DNA of 64,000 bases from Camelus ferus (taxonomy: Eukaryota). The notes under the pieces were generated by a model. It was not told the origin of the DNA and did no database searches. It worked only from the letters and a program-made list of their open reading frames with translations. The stretch lies in assembly GCF_009834535.1 (NCBI RefSeq), contig NC_045724.1, positions 23,436,001-23,500,000 on the forward strand, given 5' to 3'. Shown here in pieces: positions 1-13,689 of the stretch. The translations under genes and the position numbers were made by a program. Every line of letters starts with the position of its first letter. Within the stretch, counting starts at the first letter, position 1.

Positions 1-3000
1 CCTGATTCTATTACGAGTCCATATTCTCTTTCTAATTTAGATTAGTGGGAAGATAGAAAGACACACCCAAATGAGATAAGAAAGCACTTTTGAGTTTCAT
101 AATTGAATTGCCTGGTTTGAATTTGATTTCTTGAAATATTTCGGGGCTCTTCTGAGTGTCCTGAATTTTTACTGTGACAGTAGTGATACGTGACAAAAAA
201 AAATTTTCTTCACAGCAGAGTTGTGATCTCTTTAGAGTGGGTGTGTGTGTTTCTGATTACTGATGTAGTATCATGACACAAAGGTCAAACGTAGACATTC
301 TTAACTCTGGATTTCTGTACCCAGCTGCACTAAGAGTCATGGCCATGCTGATCTAGGCCAAGCTACCTACTAAGTAACAACGATAAGTAATTTGAATCAA
401 ATTAATTATACAGACCACTAGTGGAATTAAGATTCTTCAGCCAAACTGAGTATGTCTAAACAGGAAAATTCTGTTAACTCCTGGGTTGATCTAAAAAATA
501 TTTATAATGAAAAACTTTGGCTCAGCTATAACTCCAGTGGACAGGACAGTATCTAATTGCATTTTTATAGCATGCAGCTCATTTTTTCCAATGAACTTTA
601 AATAATATTCATGTAGCCTCTAGCACCTCCTTTGTACGTGCTGGGTATTCCCATAGTGTCTTCACTATAATTACTTTATTATTCCTAGAGTGTATCACCA
701 TAGACGTGGTTTTCCTTTCTTATCACTTTCTCTTTAATATCCCTTCTCCCTTGCTGCCAATCAATTTGATTTAGCTTTATTTTATAACCCCCTCAGCTAT
801 TATCTGTACGAAGTGAATATACACATTCATTCTTTTCATTTCCTCCAAAGGATTTCCAACTCTTTTACCCTGTATATGGTAGATCTTTTTAGATCAAATT
901 CTTTCTCCTGTAAAGATGTGACATGTTTTAAAAGGGTACCCAGTTGTGTGTGTATATGTATGTATCAATATGTATTTTTAAATCTAATTCTTAATTTCCT
1001 TTCTCTTTCTGTCTTGATTTCTGGGCTTGCACAACTACAAAGAAAAATACTTTTACATTATTTTGAGTTTTAAATTTTTAAATGGTAAAGGTCTAGCCCG
1101 CCTGCGTCTATCATTTAAGTTTCTACACTGGTCACACAGAATGACTCAGCTACCTCTTCTTCCACTCATGACATGATGGAAACTCATTCACGTTAATAAA
1201 TCTGATTTTTCTGTAGAAGTCCCCAGAGTCACATTGTTGATTGGACTCCATCTCTCCCCATCTGCCTCTTTCTAAAATGCACATCACAGTGCCATGTACA
1301 TCACAGTACAGCCCTGCCATGGTGACTCATGAGTCCGACTTCTTCAGATGTGTCCTCGGTACCAGCCTTCTTATCTCAAAGTGACCAAACCTCAGTGTGT
1401 TTATTTTGTACTGTATATGAAAATGTGTCCTTGGTAGTCATCGACCCCATGATTCCATATTTTTTCTTTCACCTTCAGGGTCTGCAGTATTTCCACAAAA
1501 GTCTCGACAACCCTTTTGCCTCGTTTTTCAGTTTTCAGAAACCTTCTGTGGACTTCACCGCTTAGTTTCTTTTCTTTTCTCTTTTGACTTACCCTACCCT
1601 GCAGGGACTTAACTTGCTTTTTCTGGTCACAGGGCTTTAATTTCTTATCTTTTCCTGGAATTATGTACTGAAGTTCCAAAGACCAAAGAATTCAGCTTTC
1701 CTTTGTTTTTGGACTTCATTGGGCTCGTTTTTCATGAGCTGGCCACTTGTCTTTAAAGCAGTTATTTTCAGTCACGTCTCTAATCTCTAAAGTAAAACCG
1801 TTTTGTTCTTCCTTTATGGCGGTCTGGTTACCAGGGAGGGTTTCCAAAATTCTCTATAATGATTTGAATTTAGTTTAGTTTCAGTTATTAGGAAGATTCA
1901 GCGGCTCCTGGAAACTCATGTCATCAAAATAAATGTTTTAATTTTAAAGCAAACATTTTGATTATAAACATGATGCCAAAGAAAACATTTGGTAGCTCTG
2001 GGAAGCAACAGATTGAACTGAATTAATAAAATGAATTAGTAACTGGCTGATTTTGGAGTGCACTCTGTTGGAAGGATTTAGGAAATTCACCTAATTTTTT
2101 GCACTCAAGACTGTCTTACTGTGTGAGATCAAGTTCCACCTTTGGACTTTGATATTCAAAATTGGAAAACTTTCTTAATTGACTATTCAGTTATCAGAAT
2201 CTTTGTAGGCAGTGAATTTTGATTATATGTTCCTAAGTATTGTTTGGAGATTAGGTACACCTTTAGGCTGCTACTGATTAATAACTAAAACATTTTTCAG
2301 ATCTTCCCATATATTATTGATGAGCCAAGGCTAACCCTTCTCCTCATATTAAATTATTTTATACATATTTACCATTGATTATGTGATATTAATGTAACCA
2401 AAATAGTATTCTGATATCATGGTCTGAGCATTTATATGACATTAATAGCCTGAGAATAAGCCATTTCTAAATTAATAATACCATTATAAATAATATGTCT
2501 ATTTTAGATGTATACTTTATACAGGGTCAAAAGACGTTACTAGTAAAATATGAGTTTGCTTATTGGTTGGCCGTGACTCTGAACCTTTATTTTTAAGATA
2601 CTCTACACACTCAAAGTCTTGTCAAATAATGATCTGCAAACACAGTACTTAAGTGGAACAGAGGAATAACTAGCTCGCTGACCCTGACGTCCTTCAGCAC
2701 TTGGCAGGCTGATGGACACAGCTGTTGTTCCAGTGGGATGGGGTGGGGATCTGTGCCCCTGCAGTCGTGAGGCCTAGTCAAGTCTTCGGAGGTAAAAGAT
2801 TCATCAGAGGCCTAGTCCCCAGGCACAAATGCGCTTAAATTGGGTCCAGGGGTGGTTCAGCCTGAACTGGTGGTTCATGTCTCAGTCCAGTGGTCTCCAG
2901 CCTGGTTTCAGTCTTGCTGGTGTCTTCTCTCTAAGCCGCTCCCGTCTCAAGCCCAGCTTTCAAAGCAGCCTTCCACTTGTTACAATTCTCATCACATCTG

Positions 3001-5747
3001 CTTGTGAATACCAGCCTCTCTTCTTGGGCCCCCGCAACCCTCACATTTCTCCCTGGGGATGTTGGGGGGAGGCCGTGTCTCCTTTAGGCTCGTTTTGCTT
3101 TGGAGGTAGTCTTACCTTGGTAGTTTTAGAAGTTTTATAAGGCCTCTTTCAGAGTCTGCTGACAGAGGGGTCAGTCAGCCTGCTTCTGGTTGCTAGCTTG
3201 AAGATGTGTGTTTCACATCATGTGCATTTCTAAAAATACTTGCGGAGGGAATTAACCTCCACACTTACAAGAGGCCGAAGGAGCGCCGTCAGGGCTGGTC
3301 TCCACCGCGGAGGCTGAGACGGGGCCGCACTGCGGTCATCGCGTGACCGCCGACCCCATCAGTTAACCCCAGACACCTCACCGCCCGGGACGCAAGCACC
3401 GTGGTCTTTTCAAAAGACATTGGTAGGACTAGTTCATTGTTGTTGTTTTTATTAAATAAATAAAGAATAGTTTTCTCCCGGCGATAAATGTAGCTGTAAT
3501 TTGCCTATAAAAATAAACAGTTTTCATATCATGTTTTTCTCAGGCAGGGCTCACTGGTATAATTCAGTTCTGAAAACTTCAGGGTACACAGAGGAGACTG
3601 TCTAGTATTCGAGACACAAAGAAGTGGGTTAAGGTTATAGGAGAGGGGCTTTGACCGCATTTGTTTTTTCCTTCATTATTAAATTACGTGGTTAATTCTT
3701 ACTCACATCTTCATTATAACCCACCTTTTCCCAGAAAGAATGTAAGGAAAGGCCGATGATTAGAATTTGATCTGTGTGGAGGACCGGGACCTCAAGATTC
3801 CAGAGAGGGGGCCTGGTACTTCTCAGAAGTGAGACCCTGGGAGGGAAGCCCTTTGAAATTGGACTTGGCCCCAGACACATCTGCCCCAGCCACGCCACGC
3901 TCATTCTCTGCTGAGCTTCCTAGCACGGGAGAGCCTTGTGAGGCCTTTGTTGTAAAGACTAATTAAACAACACGCGTAGCAAATTTGAACCCCGAAATAC
4001 GTTTTACGCATGCAAAGCATTTTCAGGGAAGAGTGCATCTTCTTCACGTGCTCCAGGACTGAAAGGAGAGTGGAAATATGCTTGTCAGAAAGACTAAAAC
4101 CGCTATAAAAATTACAGTGTTCAAACTGGACGAGGAATAGATTTCCATATTTATTGAGTAAGGGGAGAACAGGCCGGTAACGGAGGGAAAACCACCTAGA
4201 CGAAATGTGGCATCTGGGACGAGTAAATTAAAATGACTCCCTGCCCCAGGAAAAACCCACTAAAAACAACTGCTTCTTACTCTGTCTCATTACTGAGTGA
4301 GTCGCCTCGGTTTTGAAATGGCACAAGGTAATCAAAATGGTATTTTACCTGTTGGTAAGGATTCATTCAAGCAAGTGCATCAGCCACTGGTACAAAATGC
4401 TGAAGTGTATTTTCCATGATGGAAGAGATGATCAGCATGTGAAGAGATGGGTCTAATTTCTCTCCTCCAAGTCACCATATTTTTACAACATAAAATGAAC
4501 ACACTTATTTTTCTATTTTGGAGGTAATCACTTTGGAGTGTATTTCTAGCTTTATTGTTCAAATCAGGCATTTTCAGTCATATGTGTTACGCAGAGGGGT
4601 GGAGAGATCTTGATAAACACTGCCTGGGTACACAGTGTATTAGCTCAATTTGATATAAATAATAAGTAATATTCATGGTAACGTTCAAATGAAACAAGAT
4701 GATTACCCTCTTGCGATCTTTATTTCTCTTCTTAGGGCACTGTAGTTCATCAAGTGTTTGCTGTGCCCTCTCTTAAAAGTAAAATCAGAAGAAATTTGGG
4801 GCCCATAAGAAATTCTGAAATCTCCTTTTGTCTTTGGAACGTTGAAGTAGAAATTTTGTCCTTGGGAAATAAATCCCTCGCCTCTACATCACGAAGGAGC
4901 TACTTGTTGGTATTTAGCTTATGAAATACAAAAAAAAAAGATCACATAGGGAGGTGACTTGGGATTGTAATAAATTCTGTACTCTTAGATCTGTCTCTTC
5001 ATGGTCATAGCAATTATTCCTCAGATGAAATTTAAATAAAGTTAGCGGGGGTTGATATTGATGGTGATGATATTGGTGATGAAAGCTGAAATAATTTAAA
5101 TGAACTTTGTTTATTAGGTTGTATATATGTAAATAAAGACGTGTTCTCTGCCATTAAGAAGCTCAGACTCTAGTGGGACAGACAGCTCTGTAAATAGTTT
5201 ATTGACTCTTACTGTGATGTCCACAAAGATAAAGGACGTATGATACATGGAAGGGATGGTGACACCGGAGGGGGTTGACAACGAGGAGAAAGTTGACTGA
5301 ATCGACCAGAAAGCACTAAAGAGCCATTAGCTCTCGGTGTCTTCAGGGAGGAAGGCCACACCCTACCCCTGGACAGGTTGGCTGATCCACAGAGTGTTTT
5401 GTACCTGTATGGAAATGAGAGTCACATCAAGATGGGAGAGAAGCCAACAGCTTTCTGTAGAACAACTGAGTTTTGGGTCATCTCTGAAAGATAAGGAGGT
5501 ATTTTAGAACTTTGGTTCAGTTTAATATGTGTTTTAAATTATATGACCTAGCTTTACATGCATCCTCTTATCTCTGTAACACAGTTCTACCATAGACCCT
5601 CTGCCATTGGGTGTCCTTAGAGGTTAGCAGTAAAGAATTAGCAGTCATCCCAGGAAAAAAAATGCAATATTCCAGACAGTAAGACTTTTCTACTAGAGGG
5701 ACTTGGAGTTCCCGAGAGCCCTAGGCAATTTAGTCTTTTCTAAAATT

Positions 5748-5772
5748 AAAAAAAAAAAAAAAAAAAAAAAAA
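5748..5772. repeat. Poly-A (A25); a similar A20 lies at 54945-54964
   Basis: Read directly; no recognisable SINE or L1 body lies upstream. Confidence 0.9.
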
Positions 5773-7800
5773 GCGTGGTGTTTTAAAAGCTACAGTCTAA
5801 ATATAGATATATGACTTTACTGATTTTTTTCCTTCATGATAATGTATGTGTGTGTATCTGTTCTATTCATTCTTTTATTACACAAATTTGAATGGATCTA
5901 TCTGTACTTCCCTCATCACACACTAAGTGCTTATTTCTCTAAGTCCCTCTCAAGCACTGTCATTCCTGTTGACTGAGTTTCCACCAGAAACTCAGACTTC
6001 TCCAGACTGAAGTCTAAACATTCAGTTTACATGAATCTTCATGGAAGGATTGACTGATAAAGAGAAAAGACCATTTCCAGTTATCCACTCTTGCTTTCTG
6101 GCTGTTCTAGACTTGGTTCAGATCTCTAGAAACCCCTTGGTAAGTACTGACAAGAAAATGTTTCAGACTCAGGATAAATAAGCTGTGCTCTATTTTCGAA
6201 AGTGTTTTCCACAGGTAAAACATTTCACGAAGTCCATACATTACGCAACCGTGGCAGCTAGTCACCCAGCCACGTGGGGAATGTTCATCTCTGCATTCTA
6301 GAAATATGGCCGGATCCTTTCCCCCTTAAGTCATCATAAAAGATTCTAGAATTTCCCGCAAGAAGTATTGTAAGTAAACTGAGAATGCAAATTATGTGAA
6401 AAGACAAAATCGATGAGTCAGGAGTGAAGATCTGTGATCCTCGCTGTAGAGGTCTAGGTTAGCCTTCCCTCCTCCTGCCTCCCCCATCCAGCGGCTCAAA
6501 CGCTGACAGGAGTGATCGAACTGGGAGCCTCCTCAGCTCAGAACCCCATCTTGGTCTTGTCTCTGGGTGATAATCACTGTTTCCATTTCCTCTCAGAAGA
6601 AACTCGACCTCAGCTTATCTTAAATGCATTCATTATATTTCCACGGAAAGCTTGGCTGTTCCTGCACACTGTGGGTGAGAAAGACATCTTTCCATTTGGC
6701 CCAGCGATTTCCTAGCCGGGGTTTTGGAACATCCTGTGCTTACTTGACAGGCTCCTCCTTCTACTGTTCCTGGTGGAAGGAACTTCATTGATATTCATCT
6801 CAGTCAGTGGGCCTCTTGAAGAGGCTGAAGCCAGAAATATCCCTTGGCCACAAACCCCCATCTCCCCCAAATGTAATCCATTCTCAACTAAAAGAGTATA
6901 TTTGCTATGAAAATGTACCTTTAAGACAATGACCGTAGACCTCTCAAACACGGAAATTCTGGAGTCCTGCCAGGAAGTCCTTCCCTGCTCTGACAGCCTC
7001 GAGAATGGACTCGTCCTCAAAGTCCAGGTTCCTGCTGCCTGGCATGGCTGCAGCCCCGGTTTTCAGTTCACCCACACAACAGAGGTGCTGCCCTTCCCCG
7101 AGCCTTCCCTGACAGGGACCCCACGATACCTGTTCTCCACTTCTTATCCCTGGCCCTTTGGGGAGCCCATTCTAACGTCCACAGTTGGAATCTTACAAAA
7201 GGAAAATATCTTACCTGTGCAATGATAACGTTAGGAAATAAACACAATCACAGATAAAGAGAATTTCTTTACATTTTTATCATCTCCATCTTCAAATTTA
7301 AATTATAAGTAAAGAAGAGAATTGAGGTGAAAAATGTTGAACCAATTTAACGGTGACGAGAGGTCACCTTAGTTGGCTTCAGAAAAGTTGAATCATGCTG
7401 AATTCTAAAAATGCAGCTTTTACTTGCAGAGAGTCATTTGTGACTTCAGTAAGGATGACTGACTGGGATGTGGCTGTGTTCTTCCATGAGGGGAAGTGAC
7501 CACTATTCTCTGTAGAAGGCCAATGCGAAGGAGTCTTCCAGTAAGTTCAGAAGATGACAGTATAATTGAACATGAGTCCACGCAGGCAAAAAGGAAGGGG
7601 AGTTTGCTACCCAAAGCAAAAAATAATGTCGGGGACCTAAAATGTGCACATGATTTTAAAAACAAAAATTCATTCTGCAGTATCTGAATAGGAATAGTTA
7701 GTCAACGGCTGAAGCAGCAGACGTTCTGGGTCAATCTAAGGAAAAGAAAAGTCTGTACAATAGTATGGTCTTTCTGTTTTTGAAAACACTGATCTGTTTC

Positions 7801-8300
7801 TACCCGGAGTGATCATCGGTGTTGACAGACTTGACCAGGACATAAAGGGGAGAGACTCGCGGCCGCCTCCTGGCTGTCCGTCAGCCGAAGCAACTCACCC
7901 ACCCGGAGTCTCGGAGCCCCAGGCCTCTGTGTTTTCCCTTCGCTCTCAGTTGCAGTCTGTGCTTGCCACCCGTCGCCTGGCTTTCATTCTGTTTCAGAAA
8001 ACAACTATTTTTTACATAAACTCCAAAGTCCCAGCCAGCAGCACGCGCAGCAGAGACAGACCGCCTGCGGTTGCCCAGGGACTCCTCGTTTTTCCTTTGC
8101 GCAGACCCAGCATGGCCTGCCGGGGACGACGGGTGTGACGAGGGCGCCAGCATCTTGCCCGCGCCCGCAGCCCCGCCCCGCGGGGGTTCTGTGCATCGCG
8201 CCGCGCCCGTTGCTGACAGCCGGCCAGGGCATTACCCCTCCTCGCCGCCCCGAGAGACGCGTCCTCCACGTGTGTCTGTGACAACAGCGTGTCACGGGGG
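7801..8300. promoter_or_regulatory. CpG-island-like segment in intron 1
   Basis: About 43 CpGs in 500 bp by hand count, including GC-box-like ccccgcccc, against a CpG-poor background. Any function is inferred only. Confidence 0.55.
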
Positions 8301-9549
8301 CTTTTTGAAGGTTAATTCATTGCCAGAGATCAAACTCTCACAAAACAAGGTAATTTGGAGCAAGTCTGAGTATTATCTAGAATGTTTCTTTGGAACAGTT
8401 TTTAAAGTTGCAAATCTCATTTATGTTTTAAATTACTAGGGCAGAGAGTAAAAGCTTATTGCGGAAGATACGCTTTTCAACAAGACGTTCATGGTCCAAA
8501 AACAGTGATGGAGACAAGTGATCACGATGATATCTTCAGTGACATACCCGCCCCCGCTCCGCCGGAACTTATTGTGTGTGTGTGTGTTTTTTAATGAATC
8601 TACTTACTTTGGGGTTTGCATGGATGCTATTGGTGTTGTTTGTCTAGGTGTTGTTCTAAGTTCTGTCACTTGGAAAATGGGGTTTCCTTTAATGCTCGAA
8701 GAACATGATTCATTCTTTTCTAGCTTGAAGGCCAATGCTTAATTTTCTTGTTAATCACATCCTAAATGAGCAATTCTCTTCAGCTTCATTAAATGGGATA
8801 ATTTGGATTGCACAGTTATAAACCATTTTTATCAGAATCACAGTTTATTTGTCAGCACGTTTCCTGGTTGTCTTTACCCACCGTGATAGGGACAGCAGGG
8901 GACCTTCTTCTTCCACAATCAATGTGACTGTCAGCTCCGGACCCAGTACCCAGCTTGATTCTAGCTGCACAGTTCCTTTTTGCCTCAGTTTCCCCCAACT
9001 CTGTAACTTCCTGTGATTCCTGTAGGTTTTACAAGAGTTAATACAGGTAAAGCACTTAGAAAAAAATGCTCAATTTTGTAAGTGATTAATAAATGTTAGA
9101 TTAAGCCTTTGGGCAAAGTCTTTGAGGAGCTAAGGGAAAAAAATACCTTTTGCTCTAAAGGATATTGTCAGGGGACACATTCAGCTTCACTGTGGTCCAC
9201 ACTGCAGTGGGGAGGGGCAGAAGATGGGAGGATGCCCGAGAGCCTGGGCAAGTGAACAGCAGCCTCACTGGGCACGGTCACAGACACCTACTGAACAGTA
9301 CAGACAGAGATGCTTGTGACAAGGGATCTGTTGAAAGGCATAGCTATTAGTGATTGGCAGTAAGTCCATGTAAGTCTGTGCCCTGCTTCTGCAGAGCTCC
9401 CTGGCCCAGCCTTCCACCCCATCCCTTCAATCCCACATTGCTTCTGTGTTGAAGGACTGCAGCATGGATGGTGGAAACTGATGGTGACTTCTGTGTCCTT
9501 CAGATACGGTTCTAGAGGAAATCTTGTAGAGGAGTGCTTTCTTCTCTAG

Positions 9550-10170
9550 TAAGTTGATTTTGGCTGCAAGTAACAGAAACCAACTCTGGCTCATTTAAGC
9601 AAAAATGACTATTTAATAGGAGATTGGGCTATTTCATGGAATCTAGGACTTGAAAAACCAAGTCTCGAAGAATACTAGAACCCCAAACCCACCACAGCGT
9701 GGTTAAAAGCACGGACTCTAGACCCAAACTCTGTCTGAGTTCATATCCCAGCTCTTCAGCTTGCTAGCTGTGTGATCAGAGGCCAGCTCTTTACCTGCTC
9801 TGTGCCTTAGTTTCCCCATCTGAGAAATGGAGATAGATGACAATAATTAAAAGAGGACGTATGTGAAAAGGCTTGGGACAGGGGGACCCAACCCAGTAAG
9901 CACTGCCTGAGGGCTGGTTAAGTTAGAACCACAGGCACCTGTGGATGCCCTGCCCCCACCCCCAGTGGAGCAGTGGATTGCAGGGACTCAGCTCCAAGGA
10001 CTTTTTGTGTCTTGGGAGCAATCTGATTGGCCCAGCCTCTGTCTGGTCTCAATTCTGGATCAAGCTGGTGTGGTTGTTGTGAGGGGTGGAAAGGGCTCCC
10101 TCAGACCAACCCGTCTCCTTGGATTGGAGTCAAAGAAGATGTTGTCCCAGGTGGGGGCTTTGGTTATGAG
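9550..10170. mobile_element. Old MaLR LTR (MLT1J/K/L-like), apparently split by a MIR
   Basis: gctgcaagtaacagaaaccaactctggctcatttaagcaaaaa and gcaatctgattggcccagcct match old MLT1 motifs as recalled. Boundaries are approximate. Confidence 0.55.
9694..9905 (+). mobile_element. MIR SINE
   Basis: gcgtggttaaaagcacggactctaga ... ctctgtgccttagtttccccatctgagaaatggagata (MIR core). Confidence 0.8.
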
Positions 10171-10480
10171 TCCACCAGCCATGGCATGTTCACACCCTCC
10201 TGAGTTCAAAACGAAGAGTGGTCGTAGAACATTTCACTGGAAAATAGTTGATACTGATAAGTAACACATTGTCAAATAAGGGTAATGGGAGTATTCTTAA
10301 TTTTTCTCTGTAGAAGTACCAAGTCTCCTACAGCTCTAATGTTTGAAGAGCTTAATGAGATGCAAGTGAAATAGCATATGTTCTTTCATTCACACCAAAG
10401 GAGAAACAATTACTCAAGCAGACACTTTGCTCATAGTTAATGGGAACAAATCACTTGAGGCAAAATGTGAAACGTGCTAA

Positions 10481-10499
10481 ACACACACACACACACACA
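10481..10499. repeat. (AC)9 microsatellite
   Basis: Read directly. Confidence 0.9.
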
Positions 10500-11148
10500 G
10501 CGCACATCATTGCACAGAGGGATGTTTCCTTTTCTCGTGGATACCCTGCATCTCAGTACCCGTTGGGTCTCTCAGAAGACACTAGTTTGTGCTGAGAAAG
10601 GCATTTTATACACAGTACACTAAGCTTAGCTGAAACAGTTTGTATTTTCTAAGGCTTTGTGATAGTGAGTTGATCTCTGCTACCCTCGCGGAGGAGAACA
10701 ATTTGATTATTTCTATCTTCTGTATAGGGAACCTGGTGAGCCAGTAAGGAAATAAGTAACTTCCTTCCAGTCTTGGCAGTTGTGCCCTCCTTGACTCCTT
10801 CCTCCAGGTCTCTCAGCTGTAGCAGGGGACCAGTCAAGTGATGGCTGTGAGACCACCGGCTCTCGGTGTGTACACCGCTGGCCCTGTGGGTCTGGGAAGC
10901 ACTGCATAAAATAACACCCTTCACCTTGACTTGGAGATTCCCAAGGCATATGGGCTTTCTAAAAATAAAAAAAATCATTTTTCCAGCTTCTGCCAAACTT
11001 ATTGGCCCATTGACCCCATTTTTATATAATAATCCTTACCATTCAAAAGAATGTATGAGATGCAGTTTGAGAATTACTCACATGGATGGGCAAATATGGC
11101 TAGTTACTAACACCTTTAAATCTGTCCTGGCTTCATCATGACGTAGCC

Positions 11149-11370
11149 CTGGGGTTGGCATAATTTTTCTATAAAGGACCAGATCATAAATGTTTTTGGC
11201 TTTGCCGGCCACATAGTGTCTGTCACAATCACTAGCCTGTTCAATTGCACTACAGAAGCGGATGCAGCCATGTGTCAATAACTAAGTGTGGCTGTGTTCC
11301 CATAAAACTTTATTTATAAAAACAGGTGGCTGGCCAGACTTGGCCCATGGTCATATTTTCAGGACTCCTG
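11149..11370 (+). mobile_element. MER58A (hAT-Charlie MITE)
   Basis: ggggttggcataatttttctataaaggaccagat ... gtggctgtgttcccataaaactttatttataaaaacagg ... ttggcccatgg; near full length. Confidence 0.88.
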
Positions 11371-13689
11371 AATTAGATGAATAAATCTATTATTCCAAAT
11401 CTACTTTTATTCACAAAAATCTGTATTTCTTTGGTAGCCTTTGACTCATTCTTTTGAGTTTTTATATCGCCTCATTTCTTTATAGTTGTCTTATTTCAGG
11501 CTTTGCAGTGATGAAACAGACACTCCAGTTCATCATTTTAAGTTCCAGGTCACTATTCATCCCACGTATGCCTTTCAGGGAGTGTCTCTTTGTCTAAACT
11601 TTGAATTTCCCTGCTGTTATTAACTAAACTCCATAGTGGTGATAAACCCACCTAAGCCTGAGGGTTCAGAAGACCTGGGTTGGGGTTCCTGCATGACTTC
11701 TGGCAAGTGTGATTCAGACCAAGTTATTTTCTCTGAGCCGTAAATCACCTCTCTTTAAAAGGGAGAGCTTTTAAAGTCTCCGCTGGCACTGGGGGTGGGG
11801 AAACCACCCAGCATGTGTGTGACTTGAGGGAGGTGGATTTGGCGTCCTTTCAGCCAGCCTCACTTTGGCCAGTTCCTCACTTCCGGTGCCTCTGATCATG
11901 TGAGCCTAGCTTTGAGCTGACCAAGATACTTACTGCTGGTTAATGACACTTGCCAAAGTAACTCACAGTCGCTAAACACAAGCCAACTGCTTCCCAGGGC
12001 ACTAGCTTGGAGACTTAGCTGTCAAGGATCATTCTGACTCTGCCTGTCATTTAACTTAACGCTGGTGTAGAGCTGAATACCAATTCCAGAATTAGTGCAT
12101 CGATTAATCATCAAAAATTTTTGTTATTTTTTTCACTTTTTCACATTTCAGCAGTTTATAATGCAAACTCAACATTGGTTCTTGTGCTGTCCATGATAAA
12201 GAGGAGACATAATGTGGAGTTTCCTGGGGTTATTTAATGAACGAGCCCCAATTTCTGCCTTAGGGTCTCACCTGAGAGCCTGAGCCCCACGGAGAGGGAA
12301 ACTTCCGGATTCCCAGCCTGTCTGTGATTTCTCCAAGACATGTGCAAACCTATCGATGTCAAGCTCCAGGCCGCTTAGAGAGGCAATGAAATTCAGAGTC
12401 GAAGCTCCTAAGTGATGCTTCATTCACCTTCACGGGTTAACACCCAGGCTTCCCTTCACCGCAGGACAGGACGACATGGGAATGAAGCCCGAAGGCTGTG
12501 GGAGGTCGGGCGCTGCTAGGCTGCTTGTCTCTTTTTTGTTCAGCCCTTCTTCTTCGAGTGAGTGTATCACTTATCGGCTAATAAGTCGTCTGACAAGATA
12601 GCCACTTTGTTCCTAATTGTTCAGTTTATTTATGTCTTACTCATGAGCCCGGACTTGAACTCTGCTTGCCTTGGAGGCTGCTTGATAAATCTCTTGGCTA
12701 ATCCTAAAACACTGAATTACCTGCTGGAGCATAACACATGACACGGCTTTTACTTTGTATTCCTAAAAGGCCCTAGATACACATTCCAGTGCCTGTGTTT
12801 AACAGTGGGAAATAAAATAGAATACATAATTCGGGTTGCCCTTTCAGCTTTTTTTTTTAAAAAAAAGATATAAAACACATTCATCAAGTCACTTTCTGAC
12901 TTGCGAGGCTTGTACGATCTTCACTGCTTAAAGTTATTTTGCACTGCGTGAACTAAATGCCAAGCTGTAATCTCACTTGCTGCTCTGTGGTTTCAGTTAA
13001 GGCCGGTGCAGTTGCCTACGAGTAGCTGAGAGTGAGTGCTGGGAATCTGTATCCTCTGTCCAAATCCTGGGGTGGTTTTCACTAGACACCATGGTTGAGG
13101 GACCAGAGCCCTGCCCTGAGCACCATGAAGATGTCCCTGCCCTTTGACACTGCGTCCTCTGATGAGCAGAACCAGGTGTCCTCTCTTGTCCTGTGTTTCT
13201 CCATCAGTAAATTTAAGTGATGACATTCAAGTACTGTGTTTAAGAAGAGTAGTGAAGATGTTAAAATGAGCTTGTTGGAGTGCCCTGACACTGGACCATA
13301 GTGTTTGTTATTACAAAGATTAGTATTTGAACAATAATCAGAGCACTTCCATTGTAGATCAGCGACAAGGCTGTTTTGTTCCCTGCAAGATTTGTAACTG
13401 TTGATGAATCATTAGGTGGCCCTTTATGCTCTCAGATATCCCCTCCACTCACAAGCAGAAGAGACGGAGGTTTAAAAAACAGGAGGTCTCCTTGCATACT
13501 TCAGTCACGTCCACTCCTGGTAAAGCACCAGGCTTAGCACACCATCCACCAGTTGACCGAAAAACAAGGGAAGGGCCTATGCTCTGTTTATCTCTTAACT
13601 GCAGAATCAGATGACTTCTCAAAAGAATTATTCCAGTCTTGCCTTTATTAAACATTTTGATACTTTGTTCCTCAGGGACTTTTTAAACT

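Noticed and set aside
1323-1335. AP-1 site overlapping a 12-bp palindrome, GACTCATGAGTC
   Set aside because: A single short palindrome is compatible with chance.
6340-6425. Cluster of E2F-like TTTCCCGC, octamer ATGCAAAT and AP-1 TGAGTCA
   Set aside because: 7-8-bp motifs occur by chance several times in 64 kb; no independent support.
8005-8439. Several overlapping 90-122-aa ORFs rich in Arg, Pro, Ala and Gly
   Set aside because: Expected from stop-codon scarcity in a GC-rich segment; no recognisable homology or splice context.
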